Notes under the pieces: generated by a model
The model's input: only the letters and a program-made list of their open reading frames with translations
Database searches by the model: none
What the model was told of the DNA's origin: nothing
Made by a program: the position numbers and the translations under genes
Assembly (NCBI GenBank): GCA_017396025.1
Contig: JAFQNF010000046.1
Span: 18,788 to 82,787 of the forward strand
From: a bacterium
Lineage (GTDB): Bacteria; Cyanobacteriota; Vampirovibrionia; Gastranaerophilales; Gastranaerophilaceae
Direction: 5' to 3'
DNA length: 64,000 bases
In this document: positions 57,001 to 64,000 of the stretch, piece after piece
Position numbering within the stretch: position 1 is the first letter of the stretch
Layout: each line of letters begins with the position of its first letter

Positions 57001-57218
57001 GTAGTAAAGGTGTATTTACCAGTATTCCAAAATAAAAATTTATTGGCTTCTGGTTCTACAGCTTCCCAACCATTTTCTTCAGAATAAAGTTCTTCTGATA
57101 TGCTTCCAGCATCTTGTTCAGAATCAAATAAAGAAACTTCGTCATCAACATTACCAGTACCAGGAGTATTAGCAACATACATATACTCGTCGGCGAGTGC
57201 AGTTTTCCTTATTTCCAT
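54048..57218 (-). CDS. Large beta-roll plus YD-repeat protein with a C-terminal Gly/Ala-rich hydrophobic region (toxin-like)
   Basis: The N-terminal third has units with a roughly 19-20 aa period (GTGNDNLYIENSTVEDV, AGSGDDTISVNSSDVEYL, GNLGNDNIFVSNSEVDFL). The middle has YD repeats (YDEEGKITG, YDLNGNLIG, YDENGEL, YDSDGNE). The C-terminus has AAVAAVSATGAGILICGTVGAAVELMASAA and GAISGLVTGVLLSLF. Confidence 0.6.
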   Translation of the reverse strand: MEIRKTALADEYMYVANTPGTGNVDDEVSLFDSEQDAGSISEELYSEENGWEAVEPEANKFLFWNTGKYTFTTADGTTIELKDLDGVEVYQNSETGEVVIIGAKDATIYGSDVSSKISVYDSTVDYLFLGTGNDNLYIENSTVEDVSNSWGDDNIEINNSNVDSLYSGEGSQKITVKDSEIGELNAGSGDDTISVNSSDVEYLVGNLGNDNIFVSNSEVDFLYSNNPMLGDDGSDKVVINNDSTVSDIYTGYGQDKITITDSVITGSISESDDNDIITVNTWFSSDRTKYGDEYNTAVGNTVEEQSRNYDEEGKITGHSSSDVKYNSNGDFLSSESKNYDLNGNLIGTTSVLYVYDENGELREQISVTYDSDGNETLRIAQKLDENGNVIQEYVKATGEDGRSEEKITNLLYDDPENPTVCTFMEEYVTQKDARNNVILQTRTTTDLLSLLKQAYPLNEELQASETIQDALANSGLDINSDELYDLMKASLPLVDGQVTKLSDEMITSIGSELNAKLSLMNMDFKDKEKLQEQLDEAINSGDINKIQAIYEKINERLYPDDSHNSFSYELMEIQRARQFYSEMGDDLVGEQFAIRDDFDYETDVPETYSEILLCQMDELREQYEMYKENMGSFDRIVSMCNIFGLGTSEAEVEQMFQMYEQKLRELPTLKGDEFVSNFKALTGDDFSDEVLQNLYSAQVLCNYADSMSEEELLEEAENLGINLQDAHVTDYSRMEMMPPPFPGGVPYATYPYTKLDYDNLRTLIKASYSEGLAADNSTLGKTIDDYANTVTEHRDFIVDLARTAAVAAVSATGAGILICGTVGAAVELMASAANSNAQGSQRQSGEEILANMTSGFVSAVFQGAAKHIMNLKVPGTNYSLNYAIKKLTQNWSSETLKSLLPKYVELIGIKGVTAGVIKDAVNFIMDSEENENFVKKLLSGEEVTDEEIEKFKDGLLDAVKSGAISGLVTGVLLSLFETFNATAGKKLREAVHNASSNAIKGEIDTVYEEIMARIANATGKTASRTVSSMVQGKEIDWETFWETEFKELAKNAFKKK

Positions 57219-57296
57219 TACAAAGACCCTTACATTAGAACACTTATTACTATATCGGTAATATTACAAGATATCTTTAAAAAAACAATCAATTTG

Positions 57297-57659
57297 TTAA
57301 GAAAATATAAGTTTATCCATCAATCCACAAAGTTCAGCATAGCGCTCTTTATTATAAACATAATTGTATCCAAGAACAACTTCTAATGATGTTGCAGTTG
57401 AGTGAAGCGCTCTATCTATTCTTCGTGATGATGAAGTTGGAATATTTCTCGCTCTACGTGCAAGTTCAATTTCTTGTTCTGTCAAGGACGGCATTAATTT
57501 TTCTAATAATTCTGTTTGAAATTTTGCATTTACATATCCCACCGTTAATTTATGCAAACGTTGAAGATTTGATGTCATAAAAATTGTACGCTCACGAATA
57601 AAAACTTCGTAAACAGCATCTCCAATATGAGCATAATTTTTAATATTTAATTCCTGCAA
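57297..57659 (-). CDS. mrnC: Mini-ribonuclease III
   Basis: YAHIGDAVYEVFIRE and ARRARN are conserved Mini-III motifs. I prefer a TTG start at 57659, because the track's ATG at 57824 would overlap the divergent glycosyltransferase gene. Confidence 0.7.
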   Translation of the reverse strand: MQELNIKNYAHIGDAVYEVFIRERTIFMTSNLQRLHKLTVGYVNAKFQTELLEKLMPSLTEQEIELARRARNIPTSSSRRIDRALHSTATSLEVVLGYNYVYNKERYAELCGLMDKLIFS

Positions 57660-57703
57660 AATCGTCTTTCCGTTTTTTACAATAATATAGTAATATTTAT
57701 AAT

Positions 57704-58774
57704 ATGAAAATACTTTTTGTAACAGATTTATACCCAATAGGTGAAGAAAAAATAGCAAAGGCACTATTTTACTTTGTGCAAGAATGGCAAAAATTAGGGC
57801 ACGAAGTTGATGTAATAAGAGCAAATTTTATTACTAATACATTACTTCGAGGACGCAAAATTACAGAAGAAAAATTATATGAAGAAAGCGGAACGAAAAT
57901 ATACAATCTAAATTTTCATACTCCGTTTTTCTTTAACGTTTATAACAAACTACCAAAAGATTTTTCACTAAAAAACTATGATGTAATGATTTCTCATATG
58001 CCTTGCGGGGCTTTAATGGCACAAAAACTTTTAAAAAAAGAAAAAATAAAATACATTTGCAGCGTTCACGCTTCAGACATCACTGTTTTAACAGATTTTA
58101 AATATCTACCTTTCAGAAACAGCTTAAAAAAAGCATACAAATTAGCAGATAAAATTTCTGCAAGAAGCCCTATTTTAAAAGAAAAAATAGAAAAAATCAT
58201 TCCAAATAATAAAACTTTTGTAGCGTATTCTGGAATAGATATTGAACCAATTGAAAAACCACTAAATAAAGAACTAACTATCACAACTGTTGCATCTTTA
58301 ATTAAAAGAAAAAACATTGATGTAATTATAAAAGCATTAAATGAAATGCCACAAATAAAATTAAATATTATTGGTAGTGGACCAGAAGAAAAAAACTTAA
58401 AAAAACTTGCTAATGGTTCAAATATTCAGTTTTTAGGGCAATTACAAAAACCTTTAGTTATTGAACAACTAAACAAATCAGACATTTTTGTTTTGCTTAG
58501 TGATAACGAAACTTTTGGATTAAGTTATTTAGAAGCTATGGCAACTGGAAATATTGTTATAGGTAAAAAGGGTGATGGTATAGATGGTATTTTAAAAGAC
58601 AATGAAAACGGATTTTTGATAAATCCAAATAGCGAAGAATTAAAGAAATGTATAGATAAAATTCTTTCTATGAAAGAAGATGAAATATCAACAATTAAGG
58701 CTAATTGCGCAAAAACAATCAAAGAATTAACAAGCCAATCAGCAGCAGAGAACTATCTAAAAAACATACAATAA
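57704..58774 (+). CDS. GT4-family glycosyltransferase
   Basis: MKILFVTDLYP..., and the C-terminal ETFGLSYLEAMATGNIVIG (E-x7-E motif). Confidence 0.85.
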   Translation: MKILFVTDLYPIGEEKIAKALFYFVQEWQKLGHEVDVIRANFITNTLLRGRKITEEKLYEESGTKIYNLNFHTPFFFNVYNKLPKDFSLKNYDVMISHMPCGALMAQKLLKKEKIKYICSVHASDITVLTDFKYLPFRNSLKKAYKLADKISARSPILKEKIEKIIPNNKTFVAYSGIDIEPIEKPLNKELTITTVASLIKRKNIDVIIKALNEMPQIKLNIIGSGPEEKNLKKLANGSNIQFLGQLQKPLVIEQLNKSDIFVLLSDNETFGLSYLEAMATGNIVIGKKGDGIDGILKDNENGFLINPNSEELKKCIDKILSMKEDEISTIKANCAKTIKELTSQSAAENYLKNIQ

Positions 58775-58827
58775 TTTTGTTTGTTATATAATTAATTTCG
58801 TTGCGCAAAAAAGAAACACAAGGAAGA

Positions 58828-60357
58828 ATGAAAAATAAAACATTAGCTGTAATTAAAAATATGCTCAGCAAAAAATCAACTGACGCTTTTATTGCTGAGA
58901 GTAAGTCAACAGAATTAAAAAAGACTTTAAATATATTTGATTTATTAATTTTAGGTGTTAGTGCGGTTGTTGGTACCGGTATTTTTACAATTATTGGTAG
59001 TGCAATTGTTGGTAGTGCAGATGGTGCTGGAGCAGGAACTGCCGTTGTAATTTCAATGTTAATTGCTGCAACAGCAAGCTTATTTTCAGCATTAGCATAC
59101 TCAGAAATTGCCGCAATGATACCTGTTGCAGGTAGCGCATATACTTTCACTTATGCAACAATGGGTGAATTTATGGCGTGGATGGTTGGTTGGGTATTAA
59201 TGCTAGAATACGCAATCGGAAACATAACAGTTGCAACAGCTTGGACTGGATATTTAACTCAATTATTAAAAGGTTTCAAACACATTCTTCCTGATTTTGT
59301 TGTTAATTGCCCTCTTTGGCTTAGAAACGATTTTCGTTCTATGTATGCAATGTGCGACAAATACGGATGGGATGTTCACGACAAAATGCCTTTTGTTCAA
59401 TTACCTTTCGGTGTTGAAATGCCAATCGCAATAAATATTCCCGCTATTTTTATAGTTTTAGTTCTTACAATTCTTCTAATCAGAGGGGTTAAAGAGTCAA
59501 CAAGGGTAGCTGGTTTGATGGTTTTTGTTAACCTATCAATAATTATTTCATTTGTTCTTGTTGGTGCAAAATATGTTGCACCAGAAAATTGGACTCCATT
59601 CGCACCAAACGGATTAGAAGGTATTTTAGCGGGTACATTTATTATCTTCTTTGCTTATATCGGATTTGACGCTATTTCAACTGCCGCAGAAGAAACTGAA
59701 AATCCACAAAGAGATTTACCTGTTGCTATTTTAGGAACACTTACTCTTTGCACAATTTTATATGTATCAGTTGCCTTAGTTTTAACAGGTGTAATTCCAC
59801 TTGATAGTATTAACACCCAAGCCCCATTAGCTGATGCAATGAGAGCTATCGGTAAGAACTGGTATGCAGGCGCGATATCTGTTGGCGCACTTTGCGCATT
59901 AACATCTGTATTATTAGTTTACCAATTAGGTACAACAAGAATTTTCTACGCTATTGCAAGAGATAACTTCTTACCTAAAAATATAATGAAAATAAATAAA
60001 AAATATCAAACTCCACACATTATTACTTGGATTTCTGGTTTAATAGTTATAATTGGTTCATTGTTTATGGACTTAAATATTTCTGCAGAACTATGTAACT
60101 ACGGTACATTTGCTTCATTTGTAATTATATGTATTGAAGTTCTTATTTTAAGAAAAACAGAACCAAATAGACATAGACCATTCAAAGTTCCTTTCTGCCC
60201 ATTATTCCCAATTTTAGGCATTGTGATGTGCAGTTGTTTTATGATTTATAAAGGGATGTCTGGTGGCACTTCATCACTTTACTTCCTATTGTGGATTGCA
60301 ATGGGATTAGCAATTTATATTGCTTACGGTTACAAAAATAAACGATTAAACGACTAA
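58828..60357 (+). CDS. APC-superfamily amino acid permease
   Basis: I prefer the ATG at 58828 (AGGAAG upstream). 12 or more TM helices, with FAYIGFDAISTAAEE typical of the APC/CAT family. Confidence 0.85.
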   Translation: MKNKTLAVIKNMLSKKSTDAFIAESKSTELKKTLNIFDLLILGVSAVVGTGIFTIIGSAIVGSADGAGAGTAVVISMLIAATASLFSALAYSEIAAMIPVAGSAYTFTYATMGEFMAWMVGWVLMLEYAIGNITVATAWTGYLTQLLKGFKHILPDFVVNCPLWLRNDFRSMYAMCDKYGWDVHDKMPFVQLPFGVEMPIAINIPAIFIVLVLTILLIRGVKESTRVAGLMVFVNLSIIISFVLVGAKYVAPENWTPFAPNGLEGILAGTFIIFFAYIGFDAISTAAEETENPQRDLPVAILGTLTLCTILYVSVALVLTGVIPLDSINTQAPLADAMRAIGKNWYAGAISVGALCALTSVLLVYQLGTTRIFYAIARDNFLPKNIMKINKKYQTPHIITWISGLIVIIGSLFMDLNISAELCNYGTFASFVIICIEVLILRKTEPNRHRPFKVPFCPLFPILGIVMCSCFMIYKGMSGGTSSLYFLLWIAMGLAIYIAYGYKNKRLND

Positions 60358-60400
60358 TTTTTTTGTTTGTTTTAAAATGTTGTAAAACAAGGATATAAAG

Positions 60401-62011
60401 ATGAAGCACTCAAAATATTCTGCTGTAGTTGTTGGAAGCGGTATAGCTGGTCTATATGCAGCAATTAAGCTTCATAAAGAAGCCCATTTACCTAATGGAA
60501 TATTAATAATTACAAAAACAAAATTAATTGAGTCTAATTCTAAATATGCACAAGGTGGTATGGTTAGCGTTATGCCAGAAAACAAGTTAGATTCTTGTTC
60601 TCTCCATATTGAAGATACAATAAAAGCTGGTGCTGGGCTTACCGACGCTAAAGTTGCAGAATATATTTCTAAAAGAAGTGCACAAGTCGTAAAAGAATTA
60701 CAAAATTTTGGCGTTGATTTTGATAGAGATGAAAACAATCAACTTAAATTTACAAAAGAGGCTGCTCACAGTGTAAATCGTATTTTACACGCTGGTGGAG
60801 ACGCAACCGGTTTTTGTATGGAAAACGCACTTGTTAAATACTTAATATCAAAAAAAGACATTAAAGTATATGAACAAACCCTAGCTGTTGAGCTTTTAAA
60901 AAATTCAAAAAACATATGCCAAGGCTTGATAACATACAACTATGAAGAAAATGAATATGAGATAATTGAATCTCCAGCAGTTATCCTTGCAACAGGCGGT
61001 GTTGGTCAATTGTACAAATATACAACAAACCCAGACATTACAACAGGTGACGGTATTGCCCTAGCATATAGAGCTGGTGCTATTGTAAAAGATATGGAAT
61101 TTGTCCAATTTCACCCAACAGCATTCGCACTTGGCGACAATGGAACAATGTTCTTGATTTCAGAAGCCGTAAGAGGAGAAGGCGCAAAACTAGTTGATAA
61201 AAATGGAAAAACGTTTATGGAAAAATACGATAAACGTTTAGAATTAGCACCTCGAGATATCGTAACAAGAGCTATTTTCAACGAAATGCAACTTACAGGC
61301 GCTAAAAATGTTTATTTAGACGCAACACACATAAACGAATTGAAATTTGAAAAACGTTTTCCAACAATTTATGGCACTTGCAGAGAATACAACATAAATC
61401 CTGCAGAAAACTATATTCCTGTTTCACCATCTGCACACTATTATATGGGCGGAATTAAAACAAAAGTTGATGGAACAACATCTATGGAAGGTTTATATGC
61501 TATTGGAGAAGCTGCTTGCACAGGCTTACACGGAGCAAATAGACTTGCTTCAAACTCTATTTTAGAATGTGCAGTAACTGCTTTTGAACTTGTTGAATCA
61601 TTGAAAAATAAAAATTTATCTAATAATTTTGTTCAAGACGAAAAAACACAAAAAACAATTAATTTCTACAAAGAAGAAACAATAAAAACAGAACATCAAA
61701 ATGTTGACGCAATTTTAAAACATTTAAAAGAATTAATGTGGGATAAAGTTGGAATTATAAGAAACCAACAAAAACTTGAAGTTGCAAAAGCAGAAATCGA
61801 AAATTTAAAAGAACAATTTGCGTTTGCATACAAATGTCCAAACCGAAACCACTATGAATTAAGAAATCTATTAACAATTGCAGAACTTATAGTTGAATTT
61901 GCACTTAATAGAAAAGAATCTAGAGGTGCTCATTTTAGAGAAGACTATCCACAAAAAGATTTGATAGCAGAATCTCACCAATTATCAAGAAGTACAAGAA
62001 TGAAAGGGTAA
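60401..62011 (+). CDS. nadB: L-aspartate oxidase
   Basis: FAD motif VVGSGIAGLYAA, plus HYYMGGI, GLHGANRLASNS and ESRGAHFRED. It is followed by nadC. Confidence 0.95.
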   Translation: MKHSKYSAVVVGSGIAGLYAAIKLHKEAHLPNGILIITKTKLIESNSKYAQGGMVSVMPENKLDSCSLHIEDTIKAGAGLTDAKVAEYISKRSAQVVKELQNFGVDFDRDENNQLKFTKEAAHSVNRILHAGGDATGFCMENALVKYLISKKDIKVYEQTLAVELLKNSKNICQGLITYNYEENEYEIIESPAVILATGGVGQLYKYTTNPDITTGDGIALAYRAGAIVKDMEFVQFHPTAFALGDNGTMFLISEAVRGEGAKLVDKNGKTFMEKYDKRLELAPRDIVTRAIFNEMQLTGAKNVYLDATHINELKFEKRFPTIYGTCREYNINPAENYIPVSPSAHYYMGGIKTKVDGTTSMEGLYAIGEAACTGLHGANRLASNSILECAVTAFELVESLKNKNLSNNFVQDEKTQKTINFYKEETIKTEHQNVDAILKHLKELMWDKVGIIRNQQKLEVAKAEIENLKEQFAFAYKCPNRNHYELRNLLTIAELIVEFALNRKESRGAHFREDYPQKDLIAESHQLSRSTRMKG

Positions 62012-62013
62012 TT

Positions 62014-62856
62014 ATGTCATCAGTTTTATTACACGATTTTATAGTTGAAGAACACGTTAAAAATGCACTTAAAGAAGACATCGGTTTTGGTGACATAACA
62101 ACTGATTATTTAGTTCCAGAAGATGAAGTAATTACTGCGAAACTAAACTCCCGAGAAGATGGTATTTTATGTGGTATAGATATAGTCGAAATGGTATTTA
62201 AAACATTATCAAAAGAAGTTAGGATTGAAAAATACTTTAAAGATGGAGAAAAAATAAAAAAAGGTGATACATTAGCTGTCATTACAGGCCCAGCAAGAGC
62301 AATCTTAATTGGAGAAAGGACAGCATTAAACTATGTTCAACGTTTAAGCGGTATCGCAACAGAAACAAACAAATACCAAGTTGCAATCGGCAACAATAAA
62401 GCAAGAATAACTGATACAAGAAAAACAACACCAGGCTTTAGAATGTTTGAAAAATACGCTGTATTTACAGGTGGTGCTAGACTTCACCGTTTCAACTTAG
62501 CAGATTGCGTTATGATTAAAGATAACCATATTCAATTTGCAGGCTCAATTACTAACGCTGTAAATAAAATTAGAGAAAGATTATCTCATACTCACAAAAT
62601 TGAAATTGAATGTGACACAATTGAACAAGTTAAAGAAGCAATTAATGCAAAAGCTGACATCATTATGCTAGATAATATGAACTGCGATTTAATGAAACAA
62701 TGTGTTGAATTAATTGGTGACAAAGCAATGGTTGAAGCAAGCGGTAATGTTACAATCGAAACAATTGGAGAAATAGCAAAAACAGGTGTTGACGTTATTT
62801 CATCAAGCGCAATCGTTGCAAAAGCTAAAACTCTTGACGTAGCATTAGACATGTAG
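62014..62856 (+). CDS. nadC: Nicotinate-nucleotide pyrophosphorylase (quinolinate phosphoribosyltransferase)
   Basis: GERTALNYVQRLSGIAT, DTRKTTPG, MIKDNH, IMLDNM. Confidence 0.95.
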   Translation: MSSVLLHDFIVEEHVKNALKEDIGFGDITTDYLVPEDEVITAKLNSREDGILCGIDIVEMVFKTLSKEVRIEKYFKDGEKIKKGDTLAVITGPARAILIGERTALNYVQRLSGIATETNKYQVAIGNNKARITDTRKTTPGFRMFEKYAVFTGGARLHRFNLADCVMIKDNHIQFAGSITNAVNKIRERLSHTHKIEIECDTIEQVKEAINAKADIIMLDNMNCDLMKQCVELIGDKAMVEASGNVTIETIGEIAKTGVDVISSSAIVAKAKTLDVALDM

Positions 62857-62898
62857 TTATTTTTGTTGCAAAATAAAGATAGTAAAGGGGTTAAATAT

Positions 62899-63675
62899 TT
62901 GAATATTGTTGTATTTGTCAAACAAGTTCCTGATACAAATGACGTAAAATGGACCGAAAATAATAATATAGACAGAACCAATATGGAATCTGTTATTAAC
63001 CCTGCGGATAGACAAGCCCTAGAAGCAGCATTAATTTTAAAAGATAGATATGGCGCAACTATATCAGCAATTGCAATGGGACCAGCAAAAGCTGTTGAAG
63101 TTTTAAAAGAAGCCATTGCAATGGGAGTTGATGATGCTTTTTTATTGTGCGACTCAAAATTCGCTGGTTCTGATACTTGTGCAACATCAAAAGTTTTAGC
63201 TGCTGCAGTTAAAGAAAAACTACCACAAACTGATTTAATTCTTTTTGGACAAACAGCAATTGATGGGGAAACTGGACAAACAGGGCCATCAACAGCAACA
63301 AGACTAGGATTAACATCAATATCCAATGTAATTGAAATCATTGAAATTAATGAAAAGTCAATTATTGTTAACACAGAAACTGAAAAAGAAAAAATAACAT
63401 TAAAAACAGAATTACCTTGTGCCTTATGTATTAACAACTACGTATTTAAGCCGCGAGTTCCAAGAATTAATGGTTATATTAAAGCACAAGATTATGATTA
63501 TAAATCTTACAACATATATGACTTAAATCTTACAACAGATGATGCAGGTGTAAAAGGTTCACCTACTTACGTTTCAAAAGTATTTAAAAATAAAGAAGGA
63601 AGAAATTGTAAACTTTTGAATTATGAAGATGAGGGTTGTATAGAATCACTTAAAAAAGAAATATTGGAGCAGTAA
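62899..63675 (+). CDS. etfB: Electron transfer flavoprotein beta subunit
   Basis: NIVVFVKQVPDT, INPADRQALEAAL and GQTAIDGETGQ. I prefer the TTG at 62899 (AAAGGGG upstream); the track starts at 62863. Confidence 0.85.
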   Translation: MNIVVFVKQVPDTNDVKWTENNNIDRTNMESVINPADRQALEAALILKDRYGATISAIAMGPAKAVEVLKEAIAMGVDDAFLLCDSKFAGSDTCATSKVLAAAVKEKLPQTDLILFGQTAIDGETGQTGPSTATRLGLTSISNVIEIIEINEKSIIVNTETEKEKITLKTELPCALCINNYVFKPRVPRINGYIKAQDYDYKSYNIYDLNLTTDDAGVKGSPTYVSKVFKNKEGRNCKLLNYEDEGCIESLKKEILEQ

Positions 63676-64000
63676 TGGAACCAAACGGCATTTTGATATA
63701 TGGCGAATTAAATGAAGATTTGAACGTTCATAACGTTGTTCTTGAGCTACTAACAAAAGCCAGAGAATTAAAAACAAAAATCTGGAATCAAAGAATTATG
63801 GTTTGCATTATCGGAAAAAGAATGAACTATGAACCAATAATTCAAGAATTAGGAAATCACGGTGCAAACGATGTTGTATTAATAACAGATGACAGATTAG
63901 CAGAATACAACAATAATTATTACGGAGAGATTTTCACACAAATAGCAAAAAAATATCCACCAAGAATAATTTTAATTGGTGCAACAAATCAAGGCAAAGA
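63675..64000 (+). CDS. etfA: Electron transfer flavoprotein alpha subunit (N-terminal part, truncated by the window end)
   Basis: The ATG overlaps the etfB stop (TAATG). The frame stays open to the window end: MEPNGILIYGELNEDLNVHNVVLELLTKAREL...IILIGATNQGK, which is typical of the EtfA N-terminal domain and context. Confidence 0.75.
   Translation, partial: MEPNGILIYGELNEDLNVHNVVLELLTKARELKTKIWNQRIMVCIIGKRMNYEPIIQELGNHGANDVVLITDDRLAEYNNNYYGEIFTQIAKKYPPRIILIGATNQGK

Noticed and set aside
57660-57824. N-terminal 55-aa extension of the Mini-III ORF as given in the track
   Set aside because: The extension would overlap the divergent glycosyltransferase start by about 120 nt and is hydrophobic junk (LLLHQLRALIFAILAQ...). 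The conserved Mini-III core begins shortly after a TTG at 57659.
58719-59150. 143-aa minus-strand ORF
   Set aside because: It is antisense to the 5' part of the well-supported APC permease gene and to the end of the glycosyltransferase gene, so it is a shadow ORF.
62592-63437. 281-aa minus-strand ORF spanning the nadC/etfB junction
   Set aside because: It is antisense to two genes with unambiguous family motifs. Its composition is low-complexity (S/I/A/T-rich), typical of shadow ORFs in AT-rich DNA, and it has no RBS or recognisable motif.

Overview
Strongly AT-rich, tightly packed bacterial chromosomal segment with the standard genetic code. A TonB-dependent receptor and an autotransporter indicate a diderm. 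There are roughly 60 genes. Housekeeping content: gatA, ruvB, ddh, adk, nusB, ftsY, rimP-nusA, Mini-RNase III, nadB-nadC, etfB plus partial etfA, and one tRNA-Gln(UUG). Also present are a cobalamin-riboswitch-led TonB receptor with a BtuCDF-like ABC importer, lrgAB, and a six-gene Hyf/Ehr-type membrane complex. In that complex the large subunit lacks the canonical NiFe cysteines and the NuoN-like gene is frameshifted. An LdpA-like Fe-S protein, a long-form NusB and Mini-III hint at a non-photosynthetic cyanobacterial relative (Melainabacteria-like); this is inference only. Accessory content: a Pmp-repeat autotransporter, beta-roll and YD-repeat proteins, an internally duplicated calpain-like protease, an S8-like protease, ankyrin/TPR-NHL/WG-repeat exported proteins, and three radical SAM paralogs with the SPASM-like module placed first. 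The most notable feature is a 6.67 kb segment (26391-33080) bounded by a perfect 20-nt direct repeat, next to a scarred tRNA-Gln locus. It carries a stand-alone FtsZ GTPase domain cut exactly before the T7 loop, a DUF1643-like protein, four orphan proteins (one small phage-type protein) and a dGTPase-like HD protein, with no recognisable recombinase. I treat it as a candidate undescribed conflict/defence island. The second notable feature is a recurrent N-terminal leader (MNI..S.N followed by [T/V]-x-SF-x-[G/K]) on at least 8 unrelated proteins. These include adenylate kinase and both halves of the duplicated protease. All functional calls come from motif recognition by eye; no database search was possible.
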